Positions 38,929-53,044 of a DNA stretch of 64,000 nt are shown in pieces. The notes under the pieces were generated by a model, which was given only the letters and a program-made list of their open reading frames with translations, ran no database searches and was not told the origin of the DNA. The translations under genes were made by a program, and so were the position numbers. Numbering within the stretch: position 1 is the stretch's first letter; each line of letters opens with the position of its first letter. The stretch comes from Octopus sinensis (lineage: Eukaryota), in the NCBI RefSeq assembly GCF_006345805.1, contig NC_043012.1:54374001-54438000 (forward strand), in the 5' to 3' direction.

Positions 38929-39479
38929 ACATGAGTGTGGCTGTGTGACAAGAAGCTTGCTTCCCAACCACATGGTTCCAGGCTCAGTCCGGGCGAATGT
39001 CTTCTACTACAGCCTCAGGTCAACCAAAGATTTGGTAGACAGAAACTGACAGAAGCCCATATTACACATATGCGTGAGTGTGTGTGTGTGTGCGTACGTG
39101 TGAGTGTTCAGTTTAACAAGTCCTTAATATATCATATAAGATATAATTGGATTTTGGGGTTTTTGTTATTATTATTATTATTAAGGCAGCGAGCTGGCAG
39201 AGTTGTTAGCACGCTGGACAAAATGCTTAGCGGTATTCCGCCTGTCGCAACGTTGTGAGTTCAAATTCCACCAATGTCAACTTCGCCTTTCATCCTTTTG
39301 GGATCGATAAAATAAGTACTAGTAAAACACTGGGGTCGACATAATCAATAATCCCCCTACCCCCAAATTTCAGGCTTTGTGCCTATAGTAGAAAGGATTA
39401 TTATTATTATTATTTTTAACTAAGATTTTGTTGGAACTCCTAGAGCTTTACATGCATAGCAGGCTTGTTACATGCAGCC

Positions 39480-39700
39480 TACAATACCATGCTATCTGTT
39501 CTTTTCAATGATATAATACTTTCTTGATTTTGGCCATGCCAAGGAAGCAAACCTTTTGTAACGGTTCCACTGGGCACTCTATTCCTATTTCCATTATATT
39601 CTTCTCAATGCCTTCTGATCTGTCCCCTAAGGATCCAACAATAATTTTCATTTTCAACAATTGAGCCGTCTCATATTTTTGAGGGTTGTATATGTCTACT
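39480..39700 (-). mobile_element. R4/Dong-like LINE 3' fragment
   Basis: KYETAQL...IIVGSLG...VEPLQKVCFLGMAKIKKVL, homologous to 12433-12672. Confidence 0.65.
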
Positions 39701-39709
39701 ATTATTATT

Positions 39710-40092
39710 ACTCTTTTACTTGTTTCAGTCATTTGACTGCAGCCATGCTGGAGCACCGCCTTTAATCGAGCAACTCGACTCCGGGACTTATTCTTTTGTA
39801 AGTCCAGTACTTATTCTATCGGTCTCTTTTGCCGAACCGCTAAGTAACGGGGACATAAACACACCAGCATTGGTTGTCGAGCAATGCTAGGGGGACAAAC
39901 ACAAACACGCACATATATATATATATATACATATATACGACGGGCTTCTTTCAGTTTCCGTCTACCAAATCCACTCACAAGGCTTTGGTCAGCCCGACGC
40001 TATAGTAGAAGACACTTGCCCAAGGTGCCACACAGTGGGACTGAACCCAGAACCATGTGGTTGGTAAACAAGCTACTTATGACACAGCCACT
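39710..40092 (-). mobile_element. SINE family A
   Basis: Aligns to 1676-2082, reverse strand. Further partial copies near 8430, 9330, 17740, 18745, 33280, 34300, 38935, 41450, 41715, 46520, 48245, 53890, 55820 and 62470. Confidence 0.85.
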
Positions 40093-42642
40093 CCTATATA
40101 TATATATATATGTGTGTACAGGTGTCTCTTTATGGTGACCTCATTTGTCAGTCCATCCTAAGGTAATGGAAGAGTGTGCTGACAGTTGGAAGTGAAGAAT
40201 AAGTTACAGCTTTTTTTTTCAGTCACCTACGCTTCAAACCATACAGATTTGCAGTGGGACTGAATAGTCATAGGAGAGGTCACGGACAGAAAGTCAGAAA
40301 TACTATTGACAAGAAAGGACAAAGAGATGGTAATCAGCTGAGAAGATGGAACAATCACCGTGAGTGTGGAAATGTGATGTAGAAATGTGTTTATCTCCGC
40401 ATCACTTGACAAGTGATGTTGGTTTCTTTGCAGCCCCATAACTTAGCAGTTAGGCAAAATGAGACTGATAGAGTAAGTATCAAACTTAAAAAGAATAAAT
40501 ACTAAGCAGAAACAAGACTAAGAGAGAGAGTGTGTGTGTGTGAACACAGATAACGCCATATCCTATATCATGATTGTAAAATGGCAACACATTCAACAAG
40601 AATGATAACAACCAGATTTCAGCTGAAGAACAAACAACTGCAACAACAAACTTAAACAACAATAACAACTGTGAGATGATATCAGCAATTCCATCAAGAC
40701 ATTCTGAAAAGCTTAAAAAGCAAAAAAAAAAAAAAAGAAAAAGCCACAAAAGAAATAGAGATTGTGAGAATATGCAACATCTAATAAATCTTTCTATTTT
40801 TATATTCGTAATTTAAAAGTTGAAGTTCTGTATTATGACAAGACATGCTTTTATTTACCAAACATGTTATTATAACTGCTGTAATATTCTCTGATGTGAG
40901 AGAAAAATGTCAAAATTCCACTTGGAATCATTATTGTTTTTAATTGAGTTTTTTACACAGAAGTATAAGTCATCATCATCATCATCATCATTTAGCGTCC
41001 GCTTTCCATGCTAGCATGGGTTGGACGGTTCAACTGGGGTCTGGGAAGCCAGAAGGCTGCACCAGGCCCAGTCTGATCTGGCAATGTTTCTACGGCTGGA
41101 AGCCCTTCCTAGCGCCAACCACTCGGTGAGTGTAGTGGGTGCTTTTTACGCGCCACCGGCACAGGGGCCAGACGGGGCTGGAAAACGGCCCGTGAATCTA
41201 AATAAACAAAAGGCCATATTCTATTGGTACTTTAGTGGTTTCTGTGAGAGAAGAAAATACAAGACAAAATGTAAAAGACCAGTTCCAGAACAATGTAGGA
41301 AATTCAAAAGCTTCTACATGAAGGTACAGGTACCATAAGCCAGTTTCTTTAGAGAATGGTCATACAACATGAGATGACCGAGATGAACACCACCACACAG
41401 TCTTTGCTGCCTGTGATATATCGCTGGAATTCGTTTTCATCAGTATCAGTTTTATTTGTCTTTTATCTTTTAATTGTTTCAGTCATTGGACACTGGCCAC
41501 ACTGGAGCACCACCTTGAAGGTTTTTTTTTTGTTGTTGAATAAATTGCCACTGATGCTTATGTTTTTTTCATATATCTGGTATTTATTCTATTGGTCTCT
41601 TTAGCTGGAATTACTAGCTTCCAAGGATGTAAACAAACCAACACTGGTTGTCAAACAGTTTTGACACAAAGACACACACATACACACACACACACACACG
41701 CATGCACACGCGCTCTTTTACTCTTTTACCTGTTTCAGTCATTTGACTGTGGCCATGCTAGAGCACCACTTTTAGTCGAGCAACTCGACCCCAGGACTTA
41801 CGCTTTATAATCCTAGTACTTATTCTATCGGTCTCTTTTTGCTGAACCGCTAAGTTACGGGGACGTAAACGCTCCAGCATCAGTTGTGAAGCGATGTTGA
41901 GGGAGGGGACAAACACAAACACACACATATATATTCATATATATATATGACAGGCTTCTTTCAGTTTCCATCTACCAAATCCGCTCACAATGCTTTGGTC
42001 GGCCCGAGGCTGTGGATGGGAAGCAAGCTTCTTATCACACAGTCATGCTTGTTTACAACTATCACATACAGTCAACACAAGAGGACAAAAATACACACAT
42101 AAACATACACACACACACACACACTCACACATGCAGAAGCTTCAACTAACAAATCTACTCACAAGGCTTTAGTCAGCCCAGGAATTTTGAAGACACTTGT
42201 CCAAGGTACCAGTGAAACTGAACCAGAAATGATGTGATTACAAAGCAAACTTCTTAACCGTACACCCATACCTGCACCAAAAGCCACTTGCATGTTAATT
42301 TCACAAATAGTGACAATATAATATTAATGATAATTCTTTGAGTACAAGATACTGAGGACCAGTCATTGCTGACAAGGAATTTACACTAATGCTGTAAACA
42401 ATTCTACCACTAAATCTTACTCACACAAGGCATAACAGTTCCAGATTCAAAAGAGATGTGATACACATGTCATTCTGCCCCACCACCATAAAGGAAATGA
42501 AGGTACACACCCTGTCAGATTTATATAAGAGAGATGGGATGTTTGTTACAATATTTATGCACTTCCTGTCATTTTGATCTACCCTTATGGGCCTGGATCA
42601 TACACATAAGACCTTAGATTAATAAATAGGCTAAGTGTGTGC

Positions 42643-42722
<80 letters not shown>

Positions 42723-43140
42723 CATATATATATAAATCCTTAAAAATGTTTTAGCCCAAAGGTGGCGGCCATGCTGGGGCACCACCGCTGTATATAATAC
42801 ATTATATATATATATATATATATGTTTTTCCGTCCGTTTTCGTATACATTTGATGCTTTCTACCAAGGAATCTAATGCTCTCAGCTTAGTTTTTCCTTGG
42901 GGGGGGGGGGGGGCTGGCCAGATTGGAGCAATCTCAAGATTAATCAGCCGAAATTGCGAGGATGATCCGGTTCTTGACTGAGGATAGAAAGCTTCGAATG
43001 ACCCGTTCTTGTTTTCTTTGTATCGTCTATCTGGATGTTCTGTTGTCCCTTTTTGTATCACCTAGTTGTCCGGAGGTTTTGCGTTCTTGTCCCATTTTGT
43101 ATTTTATATATATATATAGCGGCGTACATACACTTTGTTC

Positions 43141-43196
<56 letters not shown>

Positions 43197-43239
43197 ATAT
43201 ATATATATCTGTATATACATATTTGTGTATATATATAAC

Positions 43240-43430
43240 AAGAAAGCACAAAAAAAAACACAACACGAGGACGTGGAACAAATATAGTATTATTGGACGC
43301 TCAGGAAAGAAGGAAAGAAGGAGAGTTTAACGTTTCGACCGGAGCTCTTCGTCGGAAACATAAGAGAAGGAAAGATCTAGAGAAGGGAAGACAGAGGAAA
43401 AAATCGCCAACGGTACACACAAGGTCACAA
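43240..43430 (-). mobile_element. Penelope-like fragment with hammerhead-like motif at 43325-43359
   Basis: gttt-CCGACGA-A-GAGCtccGGTC-GAAA-CGT-T-aaac. Confidence 0.55.
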
Positions 43431-43466
43431 TACATATATATATATCTGTATATACATATTTGTATG

Positions 43467-43504
<38 letters not shown>

Positions 43505-46071
43505 CACATAATTGTGTGTGTGTAATTACAAGATAAGGTTATCTCTAGAAGAAAGAGAGCTCAATGTATATATAGAGTATATATATATGAGACAAAAAAA
43601 AACCATTGACATTCATGCTTTTTCACAAAAAAGCTCAACAGGAAAAACAAGGGGCTTCCTTCTATGTCATGTCTACAGTAATATATTTATTTGAGGATAA
43701 GACAAAGGGAATAAAAAATTTCAAGTGAGATATGAATACTGAAATTAAGACACAGAGTAAAACATTAAGAATTAAATATCAAGGATGAAACAATGCAGAT
43801 AAGACACAGAGATAAAGTCTCTAAACAAACATGTACAGTAAGAATAATTCTAGATCAAGATTGTTGTTTAATTAACTGAATTTTCTTCAAAAGGTGCATG
43901 GCTTAGTGGTTAGGGTACTTGGTTCACGATTGCAAGATCATGAGTTCTATTCTCAGAGGCACAATGTGTCCTTGAGCAAGACATTTTATTTCACATTGCC
44001 CCAGTTCCTTTAGCTGGCAAAAGTGAGTTGTACCAGTAGTCAAAGGACCGGCCTTATCACATCTTGTGTCAGCTGACTCTCTCTGAGAACTACGTTAAGG
44101 GTACATGTGTCTATGGAGTACTCAGCCACTTGCACATTAGTTTCACAAGTAGGCTGTTCCATTGATCAGATCGACTGGAAGACACATCATCATAACCAAC
44201 AAAGTGCCAATAATTATTCAAAGGCACCAAAAGTCCAAATGTACACTGACCTAGAAGATAAGACTGTTACTAACCTTAGTTTAGAAATAAAGGCCTCAAG
44301 TTCAATTCCAGTCTGCTAATATCCACACATCCAGGAAATAATACAATAAAATGCTGATGACCATGAGCAACCAAACAAATTGAAATACTGTGAAAAAAAT
44401 GTAAGCATTAAAAATCTTTCAGCTTCTCCATGCTTCCTGAGATTCACCAACACTATACCAGATTTTCTCCCCTCCATACACACACAGACTCATACACTGT
44501 TCACTTTCCAGACATTTGTACATTACTGCGTACACTTTATATGCACTTTTGACAAGTTGTGGTGCACCTGAGCACTGTATACAATAATTTCATTATTATT
44601 ATTTTTAAACACGAGATGAATAGTTTGAAAAATTATAATCTTGTTATTCAACATCTTTAGTAATTCTTCATCATTTAATGTCCATTCTCCATACTGGAAT
44701 GAATTGGACAGTTTGACAGGATTCAGTAACTTGCAAGGCTGCAGCCAATGCCATTGTCAGCTTTGGAATAGTTTCTACAGCTGGATGCCCTTCTTAACAC
44801 CAATCAGTCAACCCAAATCACCTCCAAATTACTTTTACATTTAAACTTGATACACAGAGTAACAAAATCGAACACTGTGAATCAGGGCACTCTTTCTAAC
44901 ATTCTTGGAAACTTGGGTTTTTACATTGTCACCAAGATAAACAAATCAATGTGCCAGATGCCAAGAGGACAATATAACGATTCAAATTCAAATAGCCCAC
45001 AGTTTCAGTCAGAAGACTGAATAGTGATTTGGTTAATCAGATAAATTAATAGAGCACCAACCATAAACTGAATCCTCTACTACATGGTCGCTCATCTGCT
45101 GGAAATAGCAGCCAAATTTTGTAATGAGAAGAGATGCTGGATAATGCATTCTTAAGATAGACAATATCCAAGATAGTTACGTAATAGTCAGAACTGCTTA
45201 ATAATATGGGGTTAAACAACTACAAGCACAGTATTTAGATATAAATCCGTCTCTAAATTTTACTGAAGAAAATTTTTACCATATATCAATGTCTGTCTCG
45301 TGTATTCACACTGGTGTTCAATATATAATAAAGTACTTAAGGTTAATTCATTAGCCAACAGGATCTTTGATAATATAGTCCCCCCGAGTTCAAATCAAAA
45401 TACAAGCCACCGTAGGGTGCCCTGTACAAGGGACATAACTCTGCCTGCTCTGATTGCTGACTATTAATACCACTCCAAGGGCGTTATGTATATATGTATC
45501 TCTTTATTGCCCACAGGGGGCTAAACACAGAGGGGACAAAGACAGACAAAGGGATTAAATCGATTACATCGACCCCAGTACGCAACTGGTACTTAATTTA
45601 TCGACCCCAAAAGGATGAAAGGCAAAGTTGACCTCAGCAAAATTTGAACTCAGACGGACGAAATACTGCAAGGCATTTCACCCGGCGTGCTAACGTCTCA
45701 GCCAGCTCACCGCGCATGTATATATGTATGTGCATGTGTGTATCCAACTCTAGAATCCCTCAAACATATGACTGATGCAAAATATTGACAGGGTCCAAGA
45801 ACTACATCAGACTCCAGTCTTTGCTTTGGCATGGTTTCTACAACTGAAAACTCTTCCGAAGACCAACTACTTTACAGCATGTAAAGGTTACTATGCAGCT
45901 TGCCAGACTATGAACTCCCATGGGGGAAAAAGTTTTATGTCAGGAAATGAGTGGTTTAACGTATGAGAGAAGGGGGCAGAACAGATTCTTGTAGAAGAGC
46001 TACATGGCTACTCACACTTAGAAGAGAGGATGAGTAAGAACAGGTAGAGCCGCAAAGAGATAAATAGTGGT

Positions 46072-46117
<46 letters not shown>

Positions 46118-47799
46118 TATATATATATACATATATATACATCAGGGACTCTCCTGTTGTTAGATGCCATATGAGAGTTCTGCAATTTGTTGCTGAACAA
46201 CCACACAGATGATTTGCTTATAGAGATGTTTATAGTTATGTTTGTGTTCACATAACCTCACTCCCTTCATCAAACCGACATTACCTACTGAGTACAACAT
46301 GCCGAGTATCAGATGACGAAATGATTGCAGAGCGACATGAAATGAAGTGCTTTGCTCAAGAAAGAAAAAACACAATGCCCAGTCTGGGAGTTGAAACCAC
46401 GATCTCGCAATCATGAGTGTAACACCCTAACCACTAAGCCATGATTGTTTTATACATACATATCTTTAGACTTGTCCCTCTTTCCAACACATGTTGAAAA
46501 AAAAATTTCTAATTGGCACAGGCGTTGTTGTGTGGTAAGAAGCTTGCTTCCCAACCATATGGTTCTGGGTTCAATCCCAATGTGTGACACCTTGGGCAAG
46601 TGTCTTCTACTGTAGCCTCGGACTGACCAAATCCTTATGAGTGGATTTGGTAGAGGGAAACTGAAAGAAGCCCATCATATATATATATATATACAATATT
46701 CATGTGACATAATGGCATAAATAACAAATACATACCCAGGGGCATGGTTTCATTCACTTACCCCTTTGGTCTATCATGCATGTCAATTAGTTGGAATAGA
46801 ATATATTTGGAATATATTTATGTATATTTAACACAGATAACCCTCTCTACACCTTTAACATGAGATTATACAGACCTCTGAAACCATGGAAACTAATATA
46901 CAAGAGTAGAAAACATCACCCTAGTAAAATTTAATAATTATACTCTAGAACAATGAATCTCAACCAGAGTCCATATGGCCCCTGAAGATTTTGGAGGGGC
47001 CACACAAAATAGAAAATTGGGGATCCACAACAGTATTTTAAAGGCTCCTGAAAAAAATTTGCTTTAGATGTATGCAAGAAAGAGCTAGGTTTCTTTCTCG
47101 AACATTTTAAATAATTCAATCTACACAACATGTGAATAACAAAAGAGGAATTTTGAAAGAAGTTCCTACGAAACTAGTTTTTAAACATCGAATGGCTATG
47201 GGGCCCACAAGAATTAAATAGTAATCAAAGGGATCTAAGCATGCAAAATAGTAAATTGGGGATCAACGGTAATATTTTAAGGGCCCCTGAAAAAATTTAC
47301 TTTTGTTGTATGTATTGATGTGTATTGCAAGAAACGGCTTTGTTTCTTTATTGAACATTTTCCGTAATTTACCGTACACAAGTTAAGGTGTGAATAACAT
47401 CCAAATTTTGGAAAGAAGCTTCTATAAAACTAGTTTTGAAATATTAAATGACTATGGGGGTCCACAAGAATAAAGCAGTAATCAAAGGAGTCCATAGATT
47501 AAAAAAATGGTTGAGAACCCTTGCATTAGATATACAGCAAGTATCTCTCATCCATTTGCTATAACCAACATATGTCCACCTAGCTTGACATCCCTCACTC
47601 TTTTGAGCATCACTGAAATGAAGGGAGTCAAAACACATTCTACGTTCTTTTTGTGCAAAATCTTAAATGACAAGTTTAAGATTTAAATTTTAATTCACTA
47701 GAAGAAAACAGTTTATCTTTTCACAAGATGTAATTGATTTGTTCATCAATAAAGAACATGTCTTCAACAGCTGTAGCAAAACTCAGCCCGAACATGTTA

Positions 47800-48036
47800 T
47801 CATATATTTTATATATATATAATATATATATTATATATATATAATCATATATATATGTATATATATGTGTGTGTGTGTGTGTATATATATGTGTGTGTAT
47901 ATATATATATATGTATGTATATATATAATATATGTATGTATATATATATATATGTATGTATGTGTATAATATATATATATATAATATATATATATGTATG
48001 TATGTATGTGTATATATATATATATATGTATGTATG

Positions 48037-48097
<61 letters not shown>

Positions 48098-48115
48098 TGT
48101 ATGTATATATATATA
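47800..48115. repeat. (TA)/(TG) microsatellite
   Basis: Read directly. Confidence 0.95.
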
Positions 48116-51100
48116 TTAGGGAATATTATTCCAAACTTACAGGGAAAAATTCAATTTAGTAATACTAGATCAAATTTCACAATATATATGTATATAAATT
48201 TGGAAAAAAACCACCTTTTATCAATTCTTTATAAATTCTGTTACTGTTACTTGTGTCAGTCATTTCACTGTGGCCATGCTGGAGCACCGCCTTAGAGAGT
48301 TTTTTTAGTTGAAGAAATTGACCCCAGGACTTATTCTTTGTAAGCCTAGTACTTATTCTATCAGTCTCTTTTGCCAGACCACTGTTACAGGGATGTAAAC
48401 ACACCAACACCAGTTGTCGAGCGGTGATGGGGAACAAACACAGAGGCAAAGACACACACACGTGTGTTTGTATTATATATATATATATATCGTGATCACC
48501 GTGACCGACCAGGCTATCAGATGTTGCTACACATCGCTGGTCACAATGCGCTCCACATTGTTTTACCCTTCAAATGATGCCATCCCGCAGGCTAAGCGAG
48601 CAAGCCAACAGAAGAAAGAGTGAGAGAAAGTTGCGGCGAAAGAGTACAGCAGGGATCGCCACCACCCCCTGCCGGAGCCTCGGGAAGCTTTAGGTGTTTT
48701 CGCTCGATAAACACTCACAACACCTGGTCTGGGAAACGAAACCGCGATCCTACAACCGCGAGTCCACTGCTCTAACCACTGCTTCTTTCAGTTCCCGTCT
48801 ACTAAATCCACTCACAAGGCTTTGGTCAGCCCGAGGTTATAGTAGAAGACATTTGTCCAACATGCCACATGACAGAGAGATTATATATATATATATAATC
48901 ATAAGAAAGCTATAGAAAGTATCAGTACATAATGAGTGAATGCGTTTATTCGATAAATCAATAATGAATATCACTTATTTCTTTAATACATCAGGAGCAT
49001 CGTGGAGTCAACGGCAACATGTAAAAGTATGAATTATGATGGAGTAGAATGATGGAGTGTCAAAGTCTCTAAAGTAATGGGACTACAAAACTGTAATTAA
49101 TAAGTCAATGAAACCACCAGGTACCGTCATCTATCTGGTCGATAACATCTGCTGTAAAGATTCCATTCATGACAGTAATCAGACCCAATATCTTGAGTTA
49201 CTAGATATACCGTTGTTGTTGTTGTCATATCTAACAGAGCCGACCAGTCATCAAAAGTGTTCAATCACGCCACCACCACCACCATTTGTTGTTTTTTTTT
49301 TCTTTTTTTCATTGCAAAACAGTCCATCTAGGACTATATTATGCAATGTAACATTCATTTTTGAAAGATACTAGAGTGTGAGTTGAGGGAGATACAGCAG
49401 TTGTTTCTTTTTCTAGCTTACCAAGCAACCATGTAGAGGCTCCTTCATTGGTTTGATGAACCATGGTTGATGATGAGGATAATGACAGTCGTAGATGATG
49501 ATGATAGTCAAAGATGATGATAACAGCTGATAGTTGACGATAGTGATGATGATGACAACAAAGGTAACACACCCAGCATCTATTGCAATATGACAATAAT
49601 AAATGCCTCGTTAGTGTTATTATTGTAACAGCAGTACTTATTGCATTGCTGAATATTGAGTGTTTAGATTCATTTACATCCACAGTCCAGGTAAAAACAT
49701 CTTTAAATTCTCTTTCACGTCTTCATTTAATTACAGTTCAACCATGTTTTGCAGAGAACAGACGTGAAGTAAAAAGATATTTCAAGTTAAATTTTTTTTT
49801 TTATTTATTATATTTTTTTTAAATTTTCTTTTTTGCATTTTCGTTCAAACAGAATATAAAGACATTGCAAGAGGTGCCAATCATCACAACTGACCAATAA
49901 TGTTTTCAACTACTATTATTAATGGAATTAACAGAAAATGTATAGCAATGAATTGCTATTTACCCCACTCTTTGTTTATCTGGAATCATTGGAGAGAAAG
50001 AAAGAGCTTTCAATGAGTAAAGTATCTCTTACATATGTCTAACTCTTTATAAATGTGTGACTTATATTATTATTGTTTGTTGAGTGCACGGGGTATGAAT
50101 GTACCCCTGCCTTTCTCTCCTACCAGCTGGTCCGCTGGCACTGAAAGTAATCAGTTGAAATGTTCAGATATTCGCTTAAGGACGTCCCAAATCTTTCATT
50201 GTTTTTGCCAGTAACAGAAGACAGAATAGCAGGGCCAAGGCAAATAATACAAGATATATCCCTAGATGCAGTAACATTCAACCAATCCCCCTCCCTGGAT
50301 TAGTATTAATTGACCCATATAAGGTTGAAAGCAGCAAAGTTAACTTAAATGAGTTTGAACTCAAAACAGAGAGAGCTGCAATTAATACTGCAAAGCATAT
50401 TTTATCTGGCCCTTTAACAACCACTCTGCAGTTGAAACAGTAGAATCCAAGGAACTAGTGATGGTCTATGTCAGTATATAAAATAAATAAATGTGCCGTT
50501 TTAAAGCCCAGCCAGGCTCATGGGCCCGGTTTCCCGGTTTCTATGGTGTATGTGTTCGCATGTTGGACGGGACGCCAGTCCATCGCAGCGTTACCCATTT
50601 TTGCCAGCTGAGTGGACTGGAGCAACGTGAAATGAAGTGTTTTGCCCAAGAATACAACGCGTCGCCCAGTCCAGGAATTGAAACCACAATCTTACAATCA
50701 TGATGCTGACACCCTAACCACTAAGCCACGTGCCTGCACATGTCAGTATATACTAAGTATGAAATGTTCACAAAGAAGAAGTTAATTTGCAATGAGGAAG
50801 ATGATGAAGAGAAGAGAAAAGATCTAACATTTTATCATCCACTGAAGGGTCCTGTCTAAAATGTTAGTCTTCTGCTCCTCCTCCTCCCCCTCTTCCTCAC
50901 AGCAAACAAACTTATTCCATGATGTCATCTTGAGATAATCTCTGCAAGTGATGTAACAGTTTTAGTCAGGACTGTCTGTAATATGAAAGCATGGAAACCT
51001 TGAAGTGAAATGAACTTATAAATGATTGATGATATGGTAACAGCTTTAACTTGTACTGATATGTCTTCTGAAAACCACAATTTATAAACAGTCCTTTGAA

Positions 51101-52807
51101 CTGAATAAGTATATACTGCCCTTATTTTAAATCTACTAAACAAATTAAGGAAAACATGATTTTTCTTTTCCCTTTCTTTTTTTTTCATACAGATAGAAGT
51201 ATAGAGAAGTTGCTATTTTACGATAAATACTTTCTTTCATATCGAGATGCGACTTAAAAAAGTTCAAAATATTTTCATTCAGAATAAATTTTAACCTAAG
51301 TATAAAGGAAAACATCAAAATCTCTGCAAGACCGGTCAACAACAAATGGAACTAACTTATCGTTTAAAGGATAACAGAAAAGAAAGTAAACTTCGCAATA
51401 GGACAGTTTCAACACGTGAAATGAGCCTTTAGCTGATGCTAAGTTAATTACTTGCCTAACAAGTCCGGAGTGAATATAATCTAAAAATATGTATAACAAA
51501 AGACTTCGTAACTAACATCATTAATAGAAATTACAGAAAAATGAAAATCTGACAGAATGCTAATATCTGTGAAAAAATTTCCCAGAAAAAATTGCATGAC
51601 CTTCAGATATTTAAGAGACCAAAATGAAGTAAAATTCTTTAGCTTCAATTATTTTGCAAGATATACTTACTACAATACAGAAAGAGCTACAATTTTTAAA
51701 TATCTTCTACGATAAGTTAACCCTGTATATGATTAGAGAGAAGCTAAGTTAGTGAGCTGACATCGTGTATAAACCTTAAACTTGAACAAACATTCTAGAG
51801 CTAAAACCTTGAGTGAGAAGGATGATCTAATGATATATAATCTAAGTGAGGAACAGTTTTAGCTAGCTAGCTTAGCAAAAATCGAAACAGTTAGTTGCCC
51901 ATGATGAAAAATATTTAATTTAAATATAAATATCAAACCATATCAAATATGAGCTGTTCATCACAGCAATGGTGTTTGGTAGTTCAATGTTTCACAGTTT
52001 TAGTAAGCTTCCAACATGAATGAGTACCAAGAGATGCTTTATCTGGATCAGTTCTTATCAAAGTCCATGTACTTATTGAGAGAAGCACAGCATTCACTGG
52101 AATTTCTTTTCGAGGCATTGTTATTCTGATCATGAACATTATTATTATTATTATTATCATAGGTATTATAATGTAATTGTTAGTAAAGAATTCTTTTTTT
52201 TTTCATGGAAAAAAATTATGTGACATTAAGTTTGTTTATGGTGCAATTTGGCCATGTATAACTTTTAATCTGAAAACTTAATTATCTTTTTAACTGATGA
52301 AACAGTAAAAAATTAAGTTAAAATTATACCACCCTTTCAATTAATGTACTGACCCCCAGCCAATATATTACATTTGTACAATACTATGAAGACAATAAAT
52401 AATGAATCCCCTGCTCCTATACGCATGAAGATTGAGCTATTAGAGTAGGTGGGAAAATTATGACAATACTAAGGCATAAAACCTTAGGGATTTTTGGTTC
52501 TTCTTTTTAGAAGAAGAAACAATGACAATACTTAATGGTATGAGCATGACCAGTGTCGTAGAAGAAATTATTATTGTTGGTTGATGAACTTTAAATTACT
52601 GAGAGGAAGGAATATAAAAAAAAAAAAGGAAGCAACGTAGATGTTTTTTTTATATTGCTTATTAGATGAAAACAATGATTATCCCATTAACAATAATACA
52701 TTGATGTCGAACATAAATGATGTATGTATGTATGCACGTGTATGACAGAAGGATATGAGCTGGAAACCTAACAGATATCCTATAATGAAACACTCTGACA
52801 TAGTGTG

Positions 52808-52813
52808 TTTATT
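52808..52813 (-). promoter_or_regulatory. Candidate polyadenylation signal AATAAA
   Basis: An AATAAA about 165 nt downstream of the TAG at 52979. Confidence 0.4.
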
Positions 52814-52978
52814 GGTGTCTGTGTATGTATGTATGTATGCTTGTGTGATAGTAGGATATTAGCTGGAAACCTGACAGATATCCTGTGAAGAATTAACACA
52901 CTGCTGTCAAAACATAAATGGTAAGAGGATAATAACTGGACTTTTGAATATAGTTATCTGCCCTACATGAGACATCTG

Positions 52979-53044
52979 CTATGGCCAAGTGATACGAGGA
53001 ATAATTTTCTTCTTTTTCTCGGGTACATCACTCTCATGGTGAAC
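52979..53044 (-). CDS. Terminal coding exon VHHESDVPEKKKKIIPRITWP*
   Basis: Strong acceptor gttttcatttcttttgtag|GTT, phase 0, 21 codons then TAG. Followed by unique UTR-like DNA with AATAAA at 52813-52808. Confidence 0.65.
   Translation of the reverse strand, partial: VHHESDVPEKKKKIIPRITWP

Noticed and set aside
46760-46920. Strong minus-strand donor AAAGGG|gtaagt with an upstream acceptor
   Set aside because: All three frames contain stops, so no coding exon is supportable.
50127-50263. Open minus-strand frame DISCIICLGPAILSS...
   Set aside because: Weak acceptor adjoining a SINE remnant, weak donor, no recognisable domain.
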